Source: Candidatus Latescibacterota bacterium
GTDB taxonomy: Bacteria > Latescibacterota > UBA2968 > UBA8231
Direction of reading: 5' to 3'
NCBI GenBank assembly: GCA_965221775.1
Contig: CBDCSU010000006.1
Span: 672,001 to 736,000 of the forward strand
DNA length: 64,000 bases
Below, in pieces: positions 19,251-27,680 of the stretch. The notes below the pieces were generated by a model. The model did not search any database and had not been told where the DNA came from. It worked only from the letters and a program-made list of their open reading frames with translations. Position numbers and translations under genes: made by a program. Numbering within the stretch: position 1 is the stretch's first letter; every line of letters starts with the position of its first letter.

Positions 19251-20429
19251 ATGATCCCTCGCCGTGCAAATCGATCAACCAGGACCGCCCTGAATCGCCA
19301 GGCCGCGGTTGCCCTGATCGGGCCGCGGCAAGTCGGCAAGACCACCCTCGCCCATGCGGTGGCAGAGCAGACGGAGGCCCTCTACCTCGATCTGGAAGCC
19401 CGCGCCGACCAGGCCCGGCTCGCCGACCCGGCCCTGTTCCTCGCCGAGTACGAGGATCGCCTCGTCGTCCTCGACGAGATCCACCGTGTCCCCGAGCTGT
19501 TTCAGGAGTTGCGCGGCCTGATCGACCGGGGCCGGCGGCAGGGGAAGGGCACGGGCCGCTTCCTGATCCTCGGATCGGCCTCCGTGGACCTGCTCAGGCA
19601 GTCGGGGGAGAGCCTGGCCGGACGCATCGAGTACGTGCCGCTCAACCCGCTCGACGTGCTCGAGGTCACCGCGGCGACGGCGCCGATGGCGGCGCTCTGG
19701 GTGCGCGGCGGGTTTCCCGGCAGCCTGCTCGCGGCCAGCGATACCGACAGCCTCGCTTTCCGCCGCGATTTCATTCGCACCTACCTGCAGCGGGACGTCT
19801 CCGAGCTCACCCTGCGGCGGATACCGGCCGAGACGCTGGAGCGGCTGTGGACGATGCTGGCCCACGGACAGGGCGGACTCCTGAACGCGTCCAGGCTGGC
19901 GGCCAGCCTGGGGGTGAGCGGTCCGACGGTGACCGGGTACATCGATCTGCTGGTCGACCTGCTGCTGGTGCGCCGCCTGCGGCCCTTCCACGCCAACGTC
20001 CGCAAGCGGCTGGTCAAGTCTCCGAAGGTCTACGTCCGCGACAGCGGACTGGTCCACGCCCTGCTCGGCATCGAGGACCACAACGCCCTCGCCGGCCATC
20101 CCGTGGCCGGCGCCAGCTGGGAAGGGTTCGTCATCGAGAACCTGCTGGCCGCGGTACCGCCCGGAACGGCGGCGAGCTTCTATCGCACCCAGGCCGGAGC
20201 CGAGGTCGACCTGGTGCTCGAGCTGCCGGGCCGGGGCCGGCCCTGGGCCATCGAGATCAAGCTCGGCCTGACCCCCCGTCCGGGCCGCGGCTTCCACAAT
20301 GCCCGCGCCGATATCGAGCCGGAGCGGTCCTTCATCGTCTACTCGGGGGACGAGCGCTACCCGCTGTCAGCGGAGGTGGAGGCGATCGGCCTGCGGGAGA
20401 TGGCCGCGGTTCTCCAGGAGTCCGGCTAG
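19251..20429 (+). CDS. AAA_14 ATPase with C-terminal DUF4143 (PD-(D/E)xK-like) domain
   Basis: GPRQVGKT Walker A, VVLDEIH Walker B, ESLAGR, RGGFP, KRLVKSPKVYVRDSG, EVDLV..AIEIK. Confidence 0.92.
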   Translation: MIPRRANRSTRTALNRQAAVALIGPRQVGKTTLAHAVAEQTEALYLDLEARADQARLADPALFLAEYEDRLVVLDEIHRVPELFQELRGLIDRGRRQGKGTGRFLILGSASVDLLRQSGESLAGRIEYVPLNPLDVLEVTAATAPMAALWVRGGFPGSLLAASDTDSLAFRRDFIRTYLQRDVSELTLRRIPAETLERLWTMLAHGQGGLLNASRLAASLGVSGPTVTGYIDLLVDLLLVRRLRPFHANVRKRLVKSPKVYVRDSGLVHALLGIEDHNALAGHPVAGASWEGFVIENLLAAVPPGTAASFYRTQAGAEVDLVLELPGRGRPWAIEIKLGLTPRPGRGFHNARADIEPERSFIVYSGDERYPLSAEVEAIGLREMAAVLQESG

Positions 20430-20440
20430 CGCCGCCGGCC

Positions 20441-22024
20441 ATGGCGGACACCACCTGCGACGGCATCATCCTCGGGGCCGGCCACAACGGCCTGATCCTG
20501 CAGGCGTACCTCTGCCGCGCCGGCCTGCACGTGATCTGCCTGGAGCGCAACGATGTCGCCGGCGGCGGGCTGCGCACCGAGGAGTGGCCGGCGGGCTCCG
20601 GGTTCCTGCACAACACCCACTCCTTCTACCACCGGGGCGTGACCCGCATGCCGTGGTACGCGGATCTCGAGCTGGAGCGCCGCGGCGCCCGCTACCTGGA
20701 GCCCGCCCTCAACGTGGCCCTGCTGCTGGCCGACGGGCGCTCCCTGGCCTGGTGGACCGACTTCGAGCGCACCGCCGAGTCCTTCGAGCGCTTCAGCCGC
20801 CGCGACGCCGAGGCCCTGCGCCGCTGGCGCGACGCCTTCCGGCCGGTGGTGACGCGGGTCCTGGAGCCCGAGGCGCAGTCACCCCCCCTGCCGCCCCGGG
20901 AGCGCCGGCGCCGCCTGGAGGCGACCGCCGAGGGCCGCCTGCTGCTGGAGACGAGCGCCCTCTCGCCGCGGGAGTTCGTGCTGCGCGAGTTCGAGAGCCC
21001 CGCGGTGCAGGCCGGCCTCCTGTTCTTCAACGGCCTGCGCGAGGTCGACCCCGGCGCCCGGGGCTTCGGCCACCACATCCCGGCGCTGCTGGCCGCCCGC
21101 GGCAAGGCGCAGATGTGCGCCGGCGGCTCGGCGCGGCTGGCGCAGGCCCTGGTGCGGGCGGTCACCGAGGCCGGCGGCGAGGTCCGCACCGGCGTCGAGC
21201 CGGCCCGCATCCTGGTGGAGCCGGCCGCCGGCGGCGGACCGGGACGTGCCGCCGGGGTCGTCACCGCCGCCGGAGAGCGGATCGCCGCCCGGCACTTCGT
21301 CGCCTCCAGCCTCAACCCGCAGCAGACCTTCCTCGACCTCATCGATCCCGCCCATCTGCCCGCCGCCTGGCGCGACCGGGCCGCCGCCTACCGCTACAAC
21401 CTGCTGGCCCCCCTCTTCGGCCTCTACCTCAACCTCGACGAGCCCCCGGCGTACTCGGCGGCCCTGACCGACCCAGAGCTGGCCGACGCCTTCATGGTCA
21501 TCCTCGGCCTGCGGTCGGTGGCCGACTTCGACGACATGGTCGCCGCCCACGAGCGGGGCCGGCTGCCGCCGATGGTGACCTGGGGGTCCTGCCCCACCCG
21601 GTTCGATCCCGCCCAGGCCCCGGACGGCGCCCACACCGCCTTCATGTGGCAGAAGACGCCCTTCCGGCTGCGCGGCCGTTCCGCCAACTGGGAGGTCGAG
21701 GCCGAGGCCCACGGCCGCCGGGTGCTCGAGGCCTGGTCCCGCTTCGCGCCGAACCTGCCCGACGCGGTGCGCGGGTCGATGGTCCGCCCCGTCCACGAGA
21801 TCCCCCGGCGGCTGCCGAACATGCGCGGCGGCGACCTGCTGGTGGGCTCCCTCGGCCACGGCCAGAGCGGCTACGACCGGCCCTTCCCCGGCGCCGGCCA
21901 CTACCGCGGGTACCTGGAGCACCTCTACCTGTGCGGCTCCTGCTGCCATCCTTCGGGCAACATCACCGGGCTGCCGGGGTACAACGCCTGGCAGGTGATC
22001 GCCGCCGACCTGGGCCTCGATTGA
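20441..22024 (+). CDS. FAD-dependent oxidoreductase, phytoene dehydrogenase-like family
   Basis: GAGHNGL..LER..AGGG dinucleotide motif; LYLCGSCCHPSG.ITG.PGYNA C-terminus. Confidence 0.88.
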   Translation: MADTTCDGIILGAGHNGLILQAYLCRAGLHVICLERNDVAGGGLRTEEWPAGSGFLHNTHSFYHRGVTRMPWYADLELERRGARYLEPALNVALLLADGRSLAWWTDFERTAESFERFSRRDAEALRRWRDAFRPVVTRVLEPEAQSPPLPPRERRRRLEATAEGRLLLETSALSPREFVLREFESPAVQAGLLFFNGLREVDPGARGFGHHIPALLAARGKAQMCAGGSARLAQALVRAVTEAGGEVRTGVEPARILVEPAAGGGPGRAAGVVTAAGERIAARHFVASSLNPQQTFLDLIDPAHLPAAWRDRAAAYRYNLLAPLFGLYLNLDEPPAYSAALTDPELADAFMVILGLRSVADFDDMVAAHERGRLPPMVTWGSCPTRFDPAQAPDGAHTAFMWQKTPFRLRGRSANWEVEAEAHGRRVLEAWSRFAPNLPDAVRGSMVRPVHEIPRRLPNMRGGDLLVGSLGHGQSGYDRPFPGAGHYRGYLEHLYLCGSCCHPSGNITGLPGYNAWQVIAADLGLD

Positions 22025-22056
22025 CGGCCCCGCCGCCATCCGCCTAGGGTAGCGGC

Positions 22057-23049
22057 ATGGCCGCCCTGACCTGCGAGTCCCTCTCCAAGACCTACCGCGT
22101 CCCCGAGCGCGACCCCGGCCTGTGGAACGCGGCGCGCAGCCTGGTGCGGCGGCGCCACCGCGAGGTCGAGGCGGTGCGCGAGGTCTCCTTCTCCGTCGAG
22201 CCGGGGGAGATCGTCGGCTTCCTGGGGCCCAACGGCGCCGGCAAGACGACGGCCCTGAAGATGCTCTCCGGCCTGCTGAACCCGACCTCGGGGCGGGCCC
22301 GCGTCCTCGGCTTCGAGCCGTTCCGCCGGCAGCGCGAGTTCCTGCGCCAGATCACCCTGGTCATGGGCAACCGCAACCAGCTCGTGTGGGACCTGCCGGT
22401 GGCCGACTCCTTCGAGCGCAACCGCGCCATCTACCGGCTGGAGGCGGGCGACTTCCGCCGCACGGTGGACGAGCTGACGGAGCTGCTGGAGCTGGGCGAG
22501 CTGTTGCGCAAGCCGGTGCGCAACCTGTCCCTCGGCGAGCGCATGAAGTGCGAGATCGCCGTGGCCCTGCTGCACCGGCCGCGGGTCCTCTTCCTCGACG
22601 AGCCCACCCTCGGCCTCGACGTGACCATGCAGCGCCGCATCCGCGCCTTCGTGGCCGAGCACAACCGCGCCTCGGGGGCGACGGTGCTGCTCACCAGCCA
22701 CTACATGGCCGACGTGGAGGCCCTGTGCGAGCGGGTCGTCGTCATCCACCACGGGCAGCTGCTCTTCGACGGCGCCCTGTCGGAGCTGGTGCGGCGGTTC
22801 TCTCCCCACAAGACGATCGTCGTCGACCTGGAGCGCGAGGACCCCGGGCTGGCGGCCTTCGGCGACGACGTGCGCGTCGACGGCAGCCGGGCGACCCTGT
22901 CGGTGCCCAAGGCGGAGGCGGCCCAGGTGACGGCGCGGCTGCTGGCGGAGCTGCCCGTGGCCGACCTGACAGTGGCCGAGCCGCCCATCGAGGAGGTCAT
23001 CGAGCAGGTCTTCCGCCAACAGGCGGCAGCCCCGGGACCCGGCCCTTGA
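22057..23049 (+). CDS. ABC transporter ATP-binding protein
   Basis: GPNGAGKT, LSLGERMK, FLDEPT, TSH. Confidence 0.93.
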   Translation: MAALTCESLSKTYRVPERDPGLWNAARSLVRRRHREVEAVREVSFSVEPGEIVGFLGPNGAGKTTALKMLSGLLNPTSGRARVLGFEPFRRQREFLRQITLVMGNRNQLVWDLPVADSFERNRAIYRLEAGDFRRTVDELTELLELGELLRKPVRNLSLGERMKCEIAVALLHRPRVLFLDEPTLGLDVTMQRRIRAFVAEHNRASGATVLLTSHYMADVEALCERVVVIHHGQLLFDGALSELVRRFSPHKTIVVDLEREDPGLAAFGDDVRVDGSRATLSVPKAEAAQVTARLLAELPVADLTVAEPPIEEVIEQVFRQQAAAPGPGP

Positions 23050-23852
23050 TCGCCGCCTTCGCCAACGTCTACCGGACCCTCTTCGGCCTCGAGCTGGCGG
23101 CGCTGTTCCAGTACCGCGGCGCCATGGTCATCTGGCTCCTGGGCCTGATGCTGCAGCCCCTGATCCATCTGGTGGTCTGGCTCACCGTGGCCGCCTCGAA
23201 GGGAGGCCGGGTGGGCGACTTCGACTCGGGCGCCCTGGCCGGCTACTTCCTCGCCGTGATGTTCGTCAACCACGTCACCTTCACCTGGCACATGTTCGAG
23301 ATGGGCTGGCGGGTGCGCTCCGGGTTCTACAACTCGATCCTCGTGCAGCCCCTGCACCCGTGGCACCGGGACGTGCTGCAGAACGCGGCCTACAAGTTCC
23401 TCACCCTCGCCGTGGTGGGGCCGGCGCTGACGCTGCTGGCCTGGTACTTCGAGCCCCGCCTCGACCCGCCCCTGTGGGCGGCGCTGGCTTTCGCGCCGGT
23501 CCTGGCCCTGGCCTTCCTGCTGCGCTTCCTCTTCGAGTGGGCCGTGGGGCTGCTCGCCTTCTGGATCACCGACACCTCGGGCCTGAACGCCCTCTACCTG
23601 GGACTCGGCATGGTCCTCATGGGCGGCCTGGCCCCCCTGTCCCTGCTGCCCGACTGGCTGGAGGCGGCGGCCTCGTACTCGCCCTTCCGCTGGATGCTCG
23701 CCTTCCCCGTGGAGCTGATCCTCGGCCGGCTGACCCCGGACCAGGCGCTGGACGGGGTCCTGGCCCAGGGCCTGTGGCTGGCCGCCGGCGCCGCCGTCAT
23801 CCACTTCGGCTGGAGCCGCGCCTCGGCCCGCTACGGCGCCGTGGGGAACTGA
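23046..23852 (+). CDS. ABC-2 family permease (DUF990-like)
   Basis: TTG start overlapping upstream stop; ~6 TM segments; QYR, APLSLLPDW, PF...FPVE. Confidence 0.82.
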   Translation: MIAAFANVYRTLFGLELAALFQYRGAMVIWLLGLMLQPLIHLVVWLTVAASKGGRVGDFDSGALAGYFLAVMFVNHVTFTWHMFEMGWRVRSGFYNSILVQPLHPWHRDVLQNAAYKFLTLAVVGPALTLLAWYFEPRLDPPLWAALAFAPVLALAFLLRFLFEWAVGLLAFWITDTSGLNALYLGLGMVLMGGLAPLSLLPDWLEAAASYSPFRWMLAFPVELILGRLTPDQALDGVLAQGLWLAAGAAVIHFGWSRASARYGAVGN

Positions 23853-23854
23853 GG

Positions 23855-24643
23855 GTGCGGACCCCCCTGCGCCTGCTGGCCACGTTCTTCCGCCTCGGGG
23901 CGATGAACGAGCTGCAGTACCGCACCCACTTCTGGCTGCAGCTCGGGGGCACCGGGATCGACCTGGGCGCCGGCCTGTTCGCGGTCTACGTCGTCTACAG
24001 CCATACGGACCAGCTGAACGGCTGGCTGGCGGCCGAGCTGATCGCGCTGCTGGGGGTGTGGACCCTCATGGCGGGCCTGGTGGGCCTGGTGGTGCAGCCG
24101 AGCATGGAGCACCTCGTGGAGGACGTGCGCGAGGGCACCCTGGACTTCACCCTCACCAAGCCGGAGGAGGCCCAGGTGCTGGTCAGCATCGGCCAGGTGC
24201 GCGTCTGGCGGCTGGTGGATGTGGCCGTCGGCGCCGCCGTGATCGCCGGGGCCCTGGTCTACCTGGGGCGGCGGACGGGCCTCGAGGAGGCGGCGGCCTT
24301 CGCCCTGACCCTGTGCTCGGGGGGAGCGATCATCTACAGCTTCTGGCTCATGCTGTCGACGGTCTCCTTCTGGTTCGTCCGCGTCGGCAACATCCTCATG
24401 ATCTTCCGCAGCCTCTACCGGGCGGCCCGGTGGCCGGTGACCATCTACCCGGGGTGGATGCGGATGGTGCTCACCTTCGTCGTCCCCGTGGCCTTCGCCG
24501 TCACCGTGCCCGCCGGCGCCCTGGTGGGCCGCCTGCCGGGGGAGTGGCTCGCGGGCACCGTGGCCCTGGCCGCGGCGATGCTGGTCCTGTCGCGCCTGTT
24601 CTGGCGCGCCGGGCTGCGGCGCTACTCGGGGGCCTCTGCCTGA
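23855..24643 (+). CDS. ABC-2 family permease (DUF990-like)
   Basis: QYR..F, G.LDF.L.KP, WP..IYP, VPA, RRYSGAS motifs. Confidence 0.85.
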   Translation: MRTPLRLLATFFRLGAMNELQYRTHFWLQLGGTGIDLGAGLFAVYVVYSHTDQLNGWLAAELIALLGVWTLMAGLVGLVVQPSMEHLVEDVREGTLDFTLTKPEEAQVLVSIGQVRVWRLVDVAVGAAVIAGALVYLGRRTGLEEAAAFALTLCSGGAIIYSFWLMLSTVSFWFVRVGNILMIFRSLYRAARWPVTIYPGWMRMVLTFVVPVAFAVTVPAGALVGRLPGEWLAGTVALAAAMLVLSRLFWRAGLRRYSGASA

Positions 24644-24672
24644 GGCGCCAGCGATAGAAGCGTTGTAAACTA

Positions 24673-24709
24673 CCCCCTGTTTTGTACATTATACGTACGA
24701 AACAGGGGG
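24673..24709. promoter_or_regulatory. 15-bp-arm inverted repeat upstream of the AAA/DUF4143 gene
   Basis: CCCCCTGTTTTGTAC-N7-GTACGAAACAGGGGG (one mismatch); could be an operator or a terminator. Confidence 0.55.
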
Positions 24710-24722
24710 CATTTGTATCGTC

Positions 24723-25783
24723 ATGCATAGATCGGCTGAGCGCGCTCTGACCTGCCGGTCGTCGCCGCGGGTTCCCTGCTCGAGTTCGTCCTCTCGCAAC
24801 ACGCCTTTCCCATGCCGGTGGGACGCATTCAGTACTTCCACCTGGGCCCCATGAGCTTCGAGGAGTTTCTCGCCGAACTCGACCCTGCCCTCCTGGCCAA
24901 TCTGCAGGACTCCACGCCCGAGAATCCCCTGCCCCATACCGCCCACACCCGCCTGTCGGCCTGTCAGCGGGAATACCTGCTGGTGGGAGGGATGCCCGAA
25001 GCCGTAGCCGCGTATGCCTCCACCCGCAGCTTCGCCGACGTGACGCCCGTGCATCAGTCCATCGTCGACACATACCAGGACGACTTTTCCAGGTACGCCT
25101 CGTCCCGGGTACTGCTGCGCCTGCAGCGAGTCTTCAACCATGTCCCCAGGTCCGTGGGCCGCAAAGTGAAGTACACGCAGATCAGCCGCGAGGAGACCGC
25201 CCGCGAACTACGGGCCTCCATCGACCTGCTGGCCAAGGCCCGGGTCATCGCGCCCGTCTTCCACAGCGCCTGTTCCGGGGACGCCGAGGTCGACTGGAAG
25301 ACCTACAAACTCCTCTTCCTGGACATCGGCCTGATGAACCGCATGTGCGGCCTGGACTGGCTGGCCCTGAAGGACCTCGACGACCGCCGGCTGGTCAATG
25401 AAGGATCCCTGGCCGAACAGTTCGTCGGGCAACACTTGCTCTACCTGGATGAGGGTTGGGAGACGCCCCGGCTGCACTACTGGCTGCGGGAAGGGAGGAG
25501 CGCCAACGCCGAAGTCGATTACGCGGTGGCCCGGGGGGCGCGGATCGTGCCGGTCGAAGTCAAGGCCGGCACCAGCGGCACCTTGCGATCCCTGCACCAG
25601 TTCGCCCTGGCCAAGGGGACGCGCCTCGCGGTGCGCTTCGACCTCAATCCGCCCACCCTTCAGTCCGTCCGGCACCAAGTGGGCGGAACCCGGCAGAGCG
25701 TGGAAATGACCCTGCTCTCGCTACCGCTCTACATGGTTGGACAACTGGGCCGCCTGCTGGACCGGCTCAGGCAGGAGTCATAG
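24723..25783 (+). pseudogene. AAA_14/DUF4143 ATPase with internal deletion of the Walker A/B region
   Basis: ATG 24723 (MHRSAERAL) joins out of frame to DLPVVAAGSLLEF..MPVGR; no GxxxxGKT or DE motif; remainder (GGMP, FLDIGL, AEVDY, PVEVKAG) intact. Confidence 0.75.
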
Positions 25784-25790
25784 TCCGGAC

Positions 25791-26822
25791 ATGTCCCTGC
25801 ATGAGAGCGACCTCTGGGTCCACCGCCGCGGCGGCTACTTCGCCTACCGCATCCCGGCGCTGGTCACGACCACGGCGGCCACGGTCCTGGCCTTCTGCGA
25901 GGGCCGCCGCCACACCGGCCGCGACCACGACGAGATCGACATCCTCCTGCGCCGCAGCCGCGACGGCGGTCTCACCTGGGACCCGCCGCGCGTCGCCGTC
26001 AGCGACGGCAGCCACACCTGCGGCAACCCGTGCCCCATCGTCGACGGGACGACCGGCGTCGTGTGGCTCCTGTTCTGCAGGAACAACCAGGAAGTGTTTC
26101 TCACTCACAGCGGCGACGATGGCGAGAGCTGGGAGGAGCCGCAGGAGATCACGGCGACGACCAAGGATCCCTCCTGGGCCTTCGTCGGCACCGGCCCCTG
26201 CCACGGCATCCAGTTGGCGGGCGGCCGGCTGCTGGCGCCATGCTGGTGCGACGAGTCCCCCGGGCCGGTGCGCTGGCGGCCCCGGCCTTCGTGGGGGCAG
26301 ATCCAGTCTTCGTACGCCATCTACAGCGACGACCACGGCCGGAGCTGGACCCGCGGCGAGATGCTGACCCGCGACGCCTCGGACGAGTGCGCCGTGGTGG
26401 AGACGGCGGACGGCTCGGTCTACATGAACGCCCGCAGCCGCGGCGGGCGCTGCCAGCGTGCTGTGGCGTGGAGCGGGGACGGCGGACATTCCTGGAGCGA
26501 CGTTGGATACGACCCCGGACAGCCGGAGCCGTCCTGTCAGGGAAGCCTGGTGCGGCTGTCGAGGGCGGACGGGGCCGGCGGCGTGGGCCGGGTGCTGCTG
26601 GCCCATCCTTCGGACCCGCGGGAACGGCGGTGCCTCACCCTGCGGATGAGCCTGGACGAGTGCCGCAGCTGGCCGGTGTCACGGGTGATCACCGAGGGAC
26701 GGGCCGCTTACTCAGACCTGGCGGTGACACCCGACGGCGGGATACTCTGCCTCTACGAGGGAGAGCGGGGGCTGGTGCTGGCGCGGCTGGGGTGGAGTGG
26801 GGCGCCGGCGGAATGGAGTTAG
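25791..26822 (+). CDS. Exo-alpha-sialidase (GH33-like, Asp-box propeller)
   Basis: YRIP, Asp boxes SRDGGLTW, SGDDGESW, SDDHGRSW, SGDGGHSW; AYSDL, LYE. Confidence 0.9.
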   Translation: MSLHESDLWVHRRGGYFAYRIPALVTTTAATVLAFCEGRRHTGRDHDEIDILLRRSRDGGLTWDPPRVAVSDGSHTCGNPCPIVDGTTGVVWLLFCRNNQEVFLTHSGDDGESWEEPQEITATTKDPSWAFVGTGPCHGIQLAGGRLLAPCWCDESPGPVRWRPRPSWGQIQSSYAIYSDDHGRSWTRGEMLTRDASDECAVVETADGSVYMNARSRGGRCQRAVAWSGDGGHSWSDVGYDPGQPEPSCQGSLVRLSRADGAGGVGRVLLAHPSDPRERRCLTLRMSLDECRSWPVSRVITEGRAAYSDLAVTPDGGILCLYEGERGLVLARLGWSGAPAEWS

Positions 26823-26858
26823 ATTGACCTCCTGAACACACTCGAAAGAGTTCGAATC

Positions 26859-27332
26859 ATGGAGTTGGATCTTTGGAAAGCGATGAAGGAAGAGCTGAAG
26901 AAAACAACAGGTCTTGATTTTCAGGATGACGGATCCCGTTCGAAAACGTTAGACAACGCCGTGTCCAATCGCCACTCTCCCAACGCCAAGAACAAGTACC
27001 ACTATGGTATCATCTACCCGCTCTGTGGATATAGGACTCTGGAGTTGAGAGTACTCACGGGGCCTGAGCGCCTCTCCTATGGTGTCTCTGGCAGGGATCA
27101 TTCGAGAAAGTCGATGAGGGGTGAAAGGGAATACGAGTCAGTAAGGACGCTGCTCGAAAACCACCCAGACCTAGACGGTGATCCGCATCCCGCATGGCCG
27201 TACTTGAAACGTGCCAGCACGTTCCATGATGCCGCGATAGCTTCTCGGGAAGATGCGGACAGACTGGTAGAGGAAATCGCCAAGGGGATGAAGGCAATCT
27301 ACGGAGCTATTGCTTCCTCGCCCGGCGAGTGA
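26859..27332 (+). CDS. Hypothetical protein in a lower-GC patch, possibly a 3' gene fragment
   Basis: 157-aa non-shadow-like ORF; A/T content clearly above flanks; no clear RBS. Confidence 0.5.
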   Translation: MELDLWKAMKEELKKTTGLDFQDDGSRSKTLDNAVSNRHSPNAKNKYHYGIIYPLCGYRTLELRVLTGPERLSYGVSGRDHSRKSMRGEREYESVRTLLENHPDLDGDPHPAWPYLKRASTFHDAAIASREDADRLVEEIAKGMKAIYGAIASSPGE

Positions 27333-27403
27333 GCTTCCCTTGGGACCTTTGCCCGACCCACCGAACAGAAGGTGCAAACCCCCGTCCCGCAGAACCGAGG
27401 CAC

Positions 27404-27433
27404 TTGACAATCCTCCCCCGCCCTCCATACACT
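27404..27433 (+). promoter_or_regulatory. Sigma70-type promoter of the B12 operon
   Basis: TTGACA (27404-27409), 18 nt spacer, TACACT (27428-27433) just before the riboswitch. Confidence 0.6.
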
Positions 27434-27444
27434 CGCCCCCCGAC

Positions 27445-27645
27445 ATAACGGCGCAGGTGTCCGCCGTCCTCCCCGGGCGGCGGAAGAATAGGGAAGGCAG
27501 TGAGAATCTGCCGCGGTCCCGCCACTGTGACCGGTAGACGGCGCAACCGCCGTCGCGTCCCCGGCATCAGCCACTGATCCCCACGCGGATCGGGAAGGAG
27601 CCGGGCGGCGCACACCGGAAAGCCAGGAGACCTGCCTGCGACCGA
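27445..27645 (+). ncRNA. Cobalamin riboswitch
   Basis: AGGT..AATAGGGAA.GCAGTGAGAATCTGC, CCCGCCACTGT, GCCACTG..GGGAAG, B12 box AGCCAGGAGACCTGCC; upstream of TonB receptor. Confidence 0.93.
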
Positions 27646-27680
27646 GGTGAACGACTCCTTCGGTAGAAAGGTGGTCACCG

